NCBI GenBank assembly: GCA_010093605.1 | Contig: MU004199.1 | Span: forward strand, 992,001 to 1,056,000 | Direction: 5' to 3' | Length of the DNA: 64,000 nucleotides | Source of the DNA: Lophium mytilinum | Taxonomy: Eukaryota | In this document: positions 1 through 10,893 of the stretch, in pieces | Position numbering within the stretch: the stretch's first letter is position 1 | Layout: every line of letters begins with the position of its first letter | Notes under the pieces: generated by a model | The model's database searches: none | What the model was told of the DNA's origin: nothing | Seen by the model: only the letters and a program-made list of their open reading frames with translations | Made by a program: the position numbers and the translations under genes

Positions 1-908
1 CGATCCATTTTGGTTCGAAAACGAGCCAAACGCGCATGCTAGACTTGCGGCCCAGTTGCCAACCCACCACGGCCGCTTTGGCTTTGCGTCGCCATCATGA
101 AGACGCTGGAAAATTGTTGAGTGGCACTGATGTGCCTGAGCTGTTGCCTACCTGGCCAAGATTACGCATGCTGCAGAAGGCAGATCAAGCTATGCACGGA
201 CGGTCCGCCGCAATATTGCGAACCGTGAACGCCCCTCGTGACGTCCCAGGCTCCACGCGGCCATCCGGCGAGACCACAGGGTTCCAGCTAGAAATATACG
301 AAGTTGTTCCCTTCCTAAGCTCGTTCCTCTGCTATGCGGTTCCAGCGAGCGAGTAGAGTGGTAAGGACCCAGTCCCGGCCCCCTTCTGTGTATGGAATTT
401 CGGTATTGGCGGAAATGTAGCAGTAGTTCTGCATTAAGACTCTCGCATTTGAATATCTCCTGATAGTTGAACGTGGGGCATGATGGTATTTATCTTGAGA
501 GCGTTGACGTCCGCTTTGAATTAGGGTTGCATGTACCCTTGTATAGGGGTTGATGGCGTTGTACGCATCCAAAGATCTCATTGGCTGCCTCGCTTTTCCA
601 GTCTCGTCAACTGAAACCTGCGCCTAGCCAAGGCAAACATTTAAAATCAAATAATCGAAAGGGGTATTAGATTCCAAACTCAAAGATACCAAGTACAGGG
701 AAACGTGACATCGCCTTCTTAACCTCTACTCCTCCCCATAGGTCTGCTTGGAATGTTTCCCTCAGCCTACCGGCCATCAAGTTATGATGCCTGCTGGAGC
801 TGTGGAACCGCCCATCCTCCTAGCTATAGTGGTCATGGTAGTCGACCGAGATTTTGCGGTGCCACAACCAGCCATTACAAACCTATGGCAACAACTTTGT
901 CCCTTGCA

Positions 909-2234
909 CTACGCCAATTCATTCTTGTATCCCCCACTCTGCTGTCCATACTGCGCTGGCATCTCATACGCATACGTCGGCGGCACAGCCGGATACGCCT
1001 GTTGCGGACTCGTGGCCTGTCCTCCAATCTCCGCCACCTGCGGAAAATTCTTCTCACTCCGGTACCCAGACGCTGGTGTTGGGGCTGGATAGGCTTTCCG
1101 ATGCACACTATCTGCTCCAAGCTCCATGGTGTTGACGTAAGGCTCAACATACTGACTCTTCTCCCTCGGCACCATTTCGATTCCCTGTCCGCCCATGCGC
1201 CCATTGGTTGCCAGAGTTTGCGGTGTTGACCCTGTGGGCTTCGTGCCGGGGCGTGAAGTGTCAGAGATAGCCTGGAAATTCTCCGCCGACTTTCGCCGCT
1301 TGTGGAGGAATATCAGGATCATGGCGAGGCCCGCGATGAAGGCTACGAACATGCTTACGCCGACGGCGATGGCTGTGGTATGAGTGGTGGACTTGTGCGT
1401 TTTGGCTGGGATAGCGGTGCCTGATGCGCTTAAGGTGGCAGAGGAGGTAGAGCCCGAAGCTGATCCTGAATGCTGAACCTTGAAGGTGACTGCGGCTTGG
1501 GTTTGGACAACAATAGAGCCGCCTGCTGCGGTAACTGTGACGACTCTAGGAGTAGCTGAGCTGACGTTAGGAGATGAGGTTGGCTGGCCTGCAACTGAAG
1601 TTGTAGATGAAGTGGGAGCTGCTGCGCTCGACTTTGCGGCTGCGCTCGAGGCTGGCTGAGCAGTGCTCGCGGCTGCTGTTGCGCTCGCTGCAGGCCCAAC
1701 CTCAGTAGAAGCGCTCCATATGTTCGAGGAAGATGCTGATGTGGGCATGTATTGCCAGTAGTCGTCATTACCGGCTGATGCGCCGGGAAAGGCAAAATGG
1801 AATGCAGGCGCTTGCCCGTTCTTAAGGCTGGCAGTTTCTATAAGATGCCAGAACAGTGGAGACCCGTTGGAGTTTCGAGTCGCAATTTGGAAGGCTTCGT
1901 GGGGTTAGTGATTGGTGTGAGGCGCGGTAGGATGCTGCCAGTACTGACCTCCCTTGCCGTCGTTCCAGTCACAATACAGGTTAATCTGGCGCGTCTGGTC
2001 CTCCGGAGTGTACTCTATTATGATCACATCTTCCGGATATGCAGGACCAAACCCGGCAGCAACATCGCTCGTATCGTCTGTGGTGCCGGGCGGAAAGATC
2101 CATTGGAGGTTGTCTGCGTCGTCCCTCTTCTTGAGGTCTGTGGAATCTGCGAGTGTGAGGTTGTCCTCCTCGGGAAATGATCTGACCTCTATGAACTTGT
2201 TGTGGTTCAACCGTTTCGTCTTTGCTCCCAGCAT
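909..2234 (-). CDS. Ser/Thr/Ala-rich single-pass membrane protein (Mid2/Wsc-like architecture), 2 exons; start codon uncertain
   Basis: ORF 1905-2234 joins ORF 909-1748 through an intron at about 1896-1949 (GTCAGT donor, CTAAC branch, AG). Long S/T/A tract, TM helix AIAVGVSMFVAFIAGLAMILIFL followed by HKRRK, and a Y/P/Q-rich tail. No clear signal peptide at the first ATG. Confidence 0.65.
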
Positions 2235-3162
2235 CTTGAGTGAAAATGAGTGTTAAAGCCTTCTGTAAAGCTGCGGTGCTACGCTGGTAGGGAACGAGAA
2301 TAACGACGATAATAAAGAGGGTTGGAGCGACAGTATGAAGCGACAGTAAGGATTGACAGAAACTTGCGTTCTTCAGCAAGGCTCCGATGGGGATGTTATG
2401 AATATGTACGCAGTGGACCGACTGACCCCCTTACTAGCATATAAAAATTGTGGCGCCCAGGGGAAGTCAAAACATCTAAGAACGGACACTCGCTCATGCA
2501 ATGCTCGTGTTGCGATATCTTCACCCTTGCATTTGGACATCTCGCGCTTCGGATGTCACAACCGAGCTGCTGCTTCTGCGATTTTCTTTGGTCCAATCTT
2601 CAACTTGGGGCCTCTCGGACGAGGCTTAGCTACGATTTACGCAGAGTATACCGGGGGGCCAAGACGAAGGCCTATCAAAAGCATATGTGGAGAGAAACTT
2701 GCTAGGGTACCCGTAGGAAGAAAGTAAGGATGTGTTCACCGGAAAACACACCAGTGACTTTCTTTACGGGGTATTGCTGCCGCATTCGGAGAGGTGATGG
2801 GGAAATCTTCTTCTAGAGGGGGCTGAGGAGGCAGAGTAAATCTCAAGCGGACTGGTGAAAGCAGCCAAGCAGCCCAGGTAAGGTGCACCAAAGGTTGAAA
2901 GGGAAAGTCTGCCATCAAGACTACCTACGTCCGATTTGAGAGTCCGGTAGATCGATCGGGAAAGCTCCCAGCAGGCGCTTTCGAGGTTTTCTCCCTCCCA
3001 ATTTCCACCAAGCGCCGTTAGTCGGTGCGCTACAAGGATCACATACTAGCCCGAGCTGATCTGTCCAAGTTTTTTTCAGCCTTGCGACCCTTGCAGCGCC
3101 TCTTGAGCACGCGGGAGATTATCCGGATGGCAGCAAGCACCGAGAATAGGCGAGGCTTAATC

Positions 3163-3380
3163 TGGCATAATTCTTGGTGCTGGTGTGCAATCCTCGATCT
3201 TAGGTTGACATCGTGTAACGTTACGGGATGTATTAATCTACTGTAGGAACGCTTTCCTACAATTGAGTCTAGTGAATATTAGGCCCGCACGGGCCCTTCC
3301 TCCGCGTATATAGCCTTGCTAGATTCCTACCTGAAATCGAGTCCTCCAAATTTTTACATCACGTGATCGAAACCATCCCA
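3163..3380 (+). mobile_element. Solo-LTR-like relic related to the Gypsy LTRs at 53517-53721 and 63345-63549
   Basis: Reverse complement aligns colinearly with the LTR: cgatcacgtgatgtaaaaatttggaggac vs cgatcacgtgatgtaagaatttggaggac; gtaggaatctagcaaggctatatacgcg vs gtagaaatctagctagtctatatacacg; aggaaagcgttcctacagtagat vs agaaaggtgtttctatagtagat. Starts TG, ends CA, 218 bp. No TSD visible. Confidence 0.75.
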
Positions 3381-3581
3381 CCTTGGCCCGGATCGCCGCG
3401 CACTTGGCCTCAGATACGCCTCTTCGGCATCGCGCAATGCTTTGCTCTTATGGAGACGCATCAGTGCTGATCGCTGGACGGATACTCTGAACAGAAAATC
3501 GAGTTGCTGTGCTCACCTCTTGAGCTGAGCTACCGCATCACTATCCTTGCCGCATGTGCCGGTCAGAGCTCGACGCATACG

Positions 3582-6500
3582 ATGCGCCTTTTGCAATGCA
3601 ACAATCAGGGCGGCTTCAATATCACTAAAGACTTGGACGGCAGTCATGCGATCCCCTCTTATGCGGTACTGTCGCATACCTGGGGAACGGATACCGACGA
3701 GGTCACATTTGAGGACTTGACGAATGGCACCGGCAGCGAGAAGCCCGGCTATGCTAAAATACGGTTCTGTGGAGAGCAGGCCAAGCAAGACGGCTTGCAA
3801 TACTTTTGGGTCGACACTGCGTGCATTGACAAGACCAACAAGGCTGAACTTTCGCACGCCATCAACTCCATGTTCCGCTGGTACCATAACGCAACACGAT
3901 GTTACGTTTACATGTCAGACGTTTCTAGCTCCACACGTGAGCCAAGTAAGGAAGAGGCTAGTACCCCGAAGTGGGAGCCACAGTTCCGGCAAAGCAGATG
4001 GTTCACCCGGGGTTGGACGCTCCAAGAGCTCCTAGCACCAGATTTGGTCGAGTTCTTCTCTCAAGAAGGAACAAGGCTTGGTAATAAAGCATCGCTAGAA
4101 CAGCATATCCGCGCATCAACTAGTATACCCGTTGCAGCTCTTCGAGGTTCTCCCCTTACCCAATTCAGCGTTAACGAGCGACTGTCGTGGATCCAACACC
4201 GCCACACTAAACACGAGGAAGATAAAGCGTATTCGTTGTTGGGCATTTTTGGCGTCTACATATCCCCTGTCTATGGAGAAGGAACTAGCGGAGCGTTCAA
4301 ACGGCTTATGGACGAGATCGACAGGCTGAGCAGATGCATCCAAGACTTGCGCCTCACTGATCCTCGCGATGACAAGAAACGTATCGAAGACACCAAGGGC
4401 GGCCTGCTAAAAGACTCATACCGCTGGATACTTAGCAACGCCGACTTTCAACAATGGCGAGACGGTGAGCAGAGCCGACTGCTCTGGATCAAGGGCGATC
4501 CTGGCAAGGGCAAAACGATGCTTCTCTGCGGCATCATCGACGAGTTGCAGAGTTTCAAAGCTAAGCCGGATCTTCTTGCCTTCTTTTTCTGCCAGGCCAC
4601 TGACTCGCGCATCAACAACGCCACAGCCGTGCTGCGAGGCTTGCTGTACATGCTTGTCGAGCAGCAGCCGTCGCTCGTCGCCCACATCCAGAAGAAGCAC
4701 GATCACGCAGGCAAAGCACTCTTCGAGGACGCAAACGCCTGGGTTGCCTTGACTGATGTCTTCACAAACGTCTTGCAAGACCCAAATCTAAGCAATACGT
4801 GGCTCATAGTCGATGGACTTGATGAATGCATTGATGGCATGTCAAAATTGCTAGAATTCGTCACGCAACAAGCTGTGTCGTCTCGAGTCAAGTGGGTTCT
4901 CTCCAGCCGCAACTGGCCAGACATCGAGGAGCAATTAGAGGGGGTGGGCCATAAGGTGAGACTAAGCCTCGAGCTCAACGCACAGTCCGTCTCAACGGCC
5001 GTCAACGTCTTCATCGAGCAAAGGGTGTCTCGGCTAGCACGGGAGAAGCGATACAATGACAAGATACGGGCCGACGTGCAAGCGCATCTTGCGGCAAATT
5101 CGAACGACACTTTTCTCTGGGTCGCCTTGGTATGCCAAAATCTTGAAAAGGTCCCACAGCGGAATGTCATGAAGAAGCTAAGCGCCTTCCCACCCGGACT
5201 TGACTCACTATACGAGCGCATGATGCAGCAGCTAAACAGTCTCGACGATGCTGATCTCTGTAAGCAGATCTTGGCTTCGGTCGCGATCGTATATCGACCC
5301 ATCACGCTGGATGAGCTAGCCGTTCTCGTTCGCATGCCTGAGGATGTGGCTGACCCAGAGACGATACGGGAGATTGTTGGTCTTTGTGGTTCGTACCTTA
5401 CCGTGCGAAATGACACGGTCTACTTCGTGCATCAGTCGGCAAAGGACTTTCTATTCGCAAAAGCATTTTATCAGGTCTTTCCCTGTGGAAGTCAAGCCGT
5501 TCACCACAGTCTCTTCTTAACGTCTCTCCAAATCCTGTCAAAGACGTTGCGACGCGATATGTACAGCTTGAAGGTGTTGGGGTGTCCTATAGAGCAGGTC
5601 GAGCAACCAAGTCCTGACCCGTTGGCAGCGTCGCGCTACTCTTGTGCCTACTGGGCAGATCACCTCTGTACCTCCTCGGCAAGCCACGCAGCTTGTCTGC
5701 TTGATGGGGGCGCAGTTGAAATGTTTTTAAGAACGAAGTTTCTCTACTGGCTGGAAGCTCTTAGTCTTTGCAAGGACATGTCTAAAGGTTTAGTCTCCAT
5801 AGCAAAGCTGAACAAACTAGCCAAGGCAAGTTCGAAGCGGGCAACACAGTCCCATGTCACCCGAGTTAACGTCAGATAGGAGACAGCAGGTGCAGTTGCA
5901 CTAGGTCAACTGGTGCAAGATGCCCATCGATTCATAGCATTTCACAAGAGCGCGATTGAAAACAGCCCGCTGCAGGCGTATGCGTCTGCTCTGCTTTTCA
6001 GCCCATCAGGAAGCCTGATCCGACGTCTGTTCAAAGATGAGGAACCTACTTGGATCACGATAAAACCGGCAATGTTGGACGGATGGAGTGCTTGCCTGCA
6101 GACTCTCGAGGGCCATGAGAGCAGCGTCGCCTCTGTGGTCTTCTCACACGATTCAACCTGGCTGGCATCGGCCTCGAGAGACAGCACCATCAAGATCTGG
6201 GATGTGAGCAGCGGCACGTGCAAACAAACGCTCAAAGGCCATGACGATGAAGTCGCAACCGCGGTGTTCTCGCACGATTCGACTCAGCTGGCGTCGGTAT
6301 CGATCGACGCGGTCAAAGTATGGGATCTCAACAGCGGCGCATGCTTGCAGACAAAAGACCCTGGTGACAGGGCCCATTCGGTGGCCTTCTCACACGACTC
6401 AACTAGGCTTGCGGCAGCGTGTACGGATACGGTCAGGATCTGGGGTCTAACCAGCGGCACAAGCAACCAGACGCTTAAGGCCTATGCGTACACGGTGGCC

Positions 6501-7967
6501 TTCTCGCACGACTCGACCCGGCTGGTAACAGCCGGGGGAAGCCAGATCTACGTCTGGGATCTTAGCAGCGGCGCATGCATCCAGACACTGGGCACAGACG
6601 GTTGGACCTACATGGTGGCCTTGTCACACGACTCAACCCAGCTAGCAGCACCGAGTGACGAAACGGTGAAGATTTGGGATCTAAGCAGCGGCGCATGCAA
6701 GCACACGCTCGAGGGCCATGACAACCGTGTTACCTCAGTGGCCTTTTCGCACGACTCGACCCGGCTAGCATCCGCCTCATGGGACAACACTATCAAGGTG
6801 TGGAATCCCAGCAGTGGCGGCGGCGCGTGCGAACAGACGCTTCAGGGTCATAGCGATGATGTCTACTCTGTGGCCTTTTCCCACGACTCAACCCGGCTGG
6901 CATCAGCATCTAGGGACAACACCATTAAGATCTGGGATCTCGGCAGCGGTGTGCACAAACAGCCAATCAAGGGTCATATCAAGTCTATTAGAGCCCTAGC
7001 CTTCTCACACGACTCGATCTGGCTAGCGTCAGCATCGGACGACAACACTATCAAGATCTGGAACCTCTCTAGCGGCGCGTGCGAACAGACGCTAAAAGGT
7101 CATAGCAAAGAAGTTAGCGGCGTGGACTTCTCATACGGTTCAAACCAGCTAGCGTCGGCATCCTCCGATGGCGTGATCAAAATCTGGGATCTCAGCAGTG
7201 GTGCGTGTGAACTGTCGCTCGAGGGGTATAAATTTTCTGACACATATGTCTGGCTCGTGAGATTCTCGCACGACTCGTCCCGGGTAGCGACAGCATCGCC
7301 CGATCGCAACGTTAAGATCTGGAACCTCAGCAGCGGCGCATGCGAGCATACTCTTAACCATGGGGAATATGTTTGGACCGCATGTTTCTCGCACGACTCA
7401 ACCCAGCTGGCGTCGGCGGGGACGCACAATAACAACACCGTCAAAGTCTGGAACCTCAACAGTGGCAAATGCGAGCTAACGCTGCATGCCCATACCAATT
7501 GGAACGGTACCAAACTCAGCGCCGTGGCCTTCTCGTGCGATTCAACTCGGCTGGCGTCGGCATCGAGCGACGGCATGGTCAATGTCTGGGATCTGGGCAG
7601 CGGTGCGTGCGTACATACAGTTGATACTGGCCTGTGCAGCGGTGCGTGCGTACATACAATTGATACTGGCCAAGACGTTGGTAAGATCTGGTTTGATATT
7701 ACTGGGTTACATCTCCGTACCGACATTGGTACCATTGCTCTCGCTACGCTCCCAGTCTCTTCGCCATCAGCGATCTCAGGTTCGCAGCATGTTCGTTATC
7801 TAGGGGGAGGCGTCAGCACTGACGGGACATGGATAACATACGAAAACAAGAACGTGCTCTGGTTACCCTCGGAGTATCGGCCATGTTGCTCAGCTGTGTC
7901 AGGGAACACGGTTGGCATTGCTGTTGGCTTTGGAAGGGTGTGGATCTGTGAGTTCCACCCTGACTAA
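3582..7967 (+). CDS. Fungal NLR, HET-NACHT-WD40 (HNWD / HET-E-like); exons 3582-5825 and 5880-7967
   Basis: HET motifs YAVLSHTWG, FWVDTACIDK, SMFRWY, WFTRGWTLQELLAP. NACHT Walker A GDPGKGKT and Walker B LIVDGLDEC. Twelve WD40 repeats with an FSHDST-type core. A 54-nt GC-AG intron joins the two long ORFs in frame. Confidence 0.95.
6088..7620 (+). repeat. Intragenic WD40 tandem repeat block (12 units of about 120-135 bp)
   Basis: Recurrent ttctcRcacgaYtcRac and aagatctgggatctcagcagcggc DNA motifs. Protein repeats of the form xxSVAFSHDSTxLASASxDxTIKIWDLSSGAC. Confidence 0.9.
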
Positions 7968-8837
7968 TCTAGATATCGATTCAGCGAGTCTTGCCAAAGT
8001 ATTGTACGTAGCACGCCTGCCAATATAAGCTATCATATTTCATTTTATCTTACTTCGCATAATCTCTTTCACCGCTCTGATAGTCTTCGCTCATCCCAAT
8101 CTCTTAATCCAAGGAACGCGCCGGTCGGGTATGCCTATCTATGCAGTATTCCCGACATCCGTGCAGTAGGTAGTGACGTGTAGGAGTAGAAAGATGTAGG
8201 TTTCAGGGAAGCTTTGACGGGAGGAGTATTCTGATTGGAAACCTCAGGTGCAAAGTGATTTGTTGCAGTATTCATGTCGGAATTTAATATGCAGAATGCA
8301 TATTGTATGTTGGAACGATGAAGCAAGTGTTGGCCCTCGTAGGCGCAGATTTGTCGAACAGATGAGCTTTTCGTAATACTCGCTGTGCTAGTTCCGTGGT
8401 GAAAAGGGAAGTCAATGTGTAACATCTGTCTCTACGGGAGGAATGACAGCAGAGTGCCACAGAGATCTATCAGAGCTATTCACTCCTGTGAAATGGGAAG
8501 GCTTTCAAGAAGGCAGTGGAGGTTGGTGAGCACCGTTCAATCTAAGCGTAGCCGAACAGCCAATCAATCTATGTATTGCGATTACCTACGAACAGCGAGG
8601 TTTCTATCAGGCCAAAGCAGTTAACTGACTAAACTCACTTGCTTCAAACATAATAAGGGGTGACAGTAGAGGGAAACAAAAGTGAAACCTACGGTCGATT
8701 TAAGCTTACACACAGCTCCGGTACCGAATCACGCTACCCGTTGTCCGGCCCCGATCTGACTCGCGTTACGCTACCCCTGTTTCCACAACATCAACACCAC
8801 GCGCCCCCATCATGAAGGCATAAACATTACAGCCACA

Positions 8838-10279
8838 ATGGCAGACATATCCTTTGCAGATTTGACCCCCTCGAGCCCCGCCGGATCTAACGCGCGACCG
8901 TCCCATCGATCCTCCCTCCCTCTTACCTCCGATGCCGTCAGACCTCCAGCGCGATACATCATGTCTTCACGATCCTTCGAGCTGCAGCAATACATTGGCG
9001 CGCATTTCAGCCAGTTGAAGGGGGCAGACCGGAAGAAGGCGAAGGAGATTATTCGACGCGGGAACTTTGGGGAAGAGAGGAAGCTGGATCTGGGGCAGCT
9101 GCCGGCGGAGCACTTGGAAGAGTTGTTCAGGCATGTGCTCCAGGTTATCAAGCGGGGCACTGCGCCTTCGCATACTGGAGGGTCGAAGCACCTTGTTCAA
9201 CCCAAGAAAGAGACTAGGGAAGACTCCCGGACACCAGACCAGACACAGCTGGACCGAGAACGGCGGTTGCAAGAAGACCGGGCGAGAAAGGGGTGGCAGG
9301 AACAAGAGCAGCAACGCATTATACGTGAACGGTTGCGAGAAATGCGCGTTAGCGGTCTACAGCAGTCTCAAGGAACCAACAGCCAACGTCAACAGCCCTC
9401 TACGAATGTCTATGTCCCTCGGCCAAGTCAACAGCATGCTCAGATCCCGAACAATCCTCTCCAGCAATCCTCAGTGAGCCTTCCCGTCCCCCAAACAGAG
9501 CAGTTGCGCAACGTTATCATGACCGCCGACGTCCTGGCCATCCGCGACGTCTTCCTCAACCTATGCTACTCTTCTCCATCCCTCGCCCGAGCAGCCGTTC
9601 GCTGTCTAGCACCGCACTCGACCTTCGCGCAATCAACACTACGGCAAGCTAGGGCGGCTGCGGTGACACGGCAGCCTCCCAAACCTGCATCGCAACCACA
9701 GATCAAGCCCGAGTTTCAATTGCCGAAAGAGAAGTCACCTAGGAACAGACCCAGCTTCAGAATTCCCGAAATGCCACAGATCAATCCGGTCAAGCAGGAA
9801 GGGGGTGCGGAAGCACTGAAGTTAATGCCGAAGAGGAGTACGCCGCATCCTTCGGCGCTCGTGAAGTACGAGCATGCAACTTCGCCATCTCCGGAACAGC
9901 AACGTAGCGTTCGCCAGCCACTAGGCTTAAAGTCAGCGAATATCCCGTCTCGGCTCAGTCTAGAAGCGTCTACTCTATCGTCCAGCCAAAAGAGGAAAGT
10001 CGAATACGAAAACTTCCACATAGGTCAGTAAATGAACGCGGCCATTTATCGATGAGCACTTGCTAACCTCTCTCAGGTAATCTAGTACCAGATTGGAACC
10101 ACGACTTCTGGCTGGACGAACAGAACGACGCGGACCGTGTCAATCCCGACGAAGGAGACAACCGCCGATACTTCAAATACGATTGCTGCAACGAACCGGG
10201 AATGAGTCGGATATGCGGGAGAGTCGCGGGCGCTAAGAAACCACGGTGGTCGACAGGCGGAATTCAGGAGGCCAGATAA
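8838..10279 (+). CDS. Hypothetical protein, Q/P-rich, with a C-terminal H..DFW..CC..C putative metal-binding motif; intron 10024-10076
   Basis: 397-aa ORF plus an intron (GTCAGT donor, GCTAAC branch, CAG). Exon 2 reads GNLVPDWNHDFWLDE...FKYDCCNEPGMSRICG...EAR*. Confidence 0.7.
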
Positions 10280-10893
10280 AGAGCAGTGCTTTTTGAAGAT
10301 GGGATATAGGCGTTTGGATACCTCCCTTGTTGGTCATCAAGAGGAACTGTCCAGGAATTCGGGACTGATGGTTATTGCATCTAAGGGCGCATTTGGAAGC
10401 CCCTACTTGGGCATCTCAGCTACTGGGTACTTCGTGAAGATTAGGGTATGCCATCATGATGGAGACTATTATTCATGAAGCATCATCATTTATGGTGCCC
10501 TCTATTCATAACAGCATGTATACTAGGGGTTTAGTGACGGATGCACTGGAGCTATTAGAGTATAGCTAGCCAGCGCGCAGCTAGAAGAATCCACAGTTTG
10601 AGTGGGAACCGGTATTGTTCACAGTTTCTCCACAGCCCTTAGAGCCTCCTCCTCGAAAGACTATTCGCTGTTTGCGTGCGGTCGTCAAAGCACATCCAGT
10701 CCTGCTACTGGGTACCAATAGGATTTCCTGGTGTTGCTTACCGTATCGCATCGAACTCACGCATTGAGGGCTAAAAGAGACGACCAAGTCTGCCACTGCT
10801 TCTGCAACCTTTCAGCAGCTACTACTTCAGTAGCGGACAGAAAATATTGACTCACTTTTCTAAGCGATATCACGGTCGAGGAGGAACTAGGTA

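Noticed and set aside
36..700. ORFs at the window start
   Set aside because: No family signal and no supported gene model.
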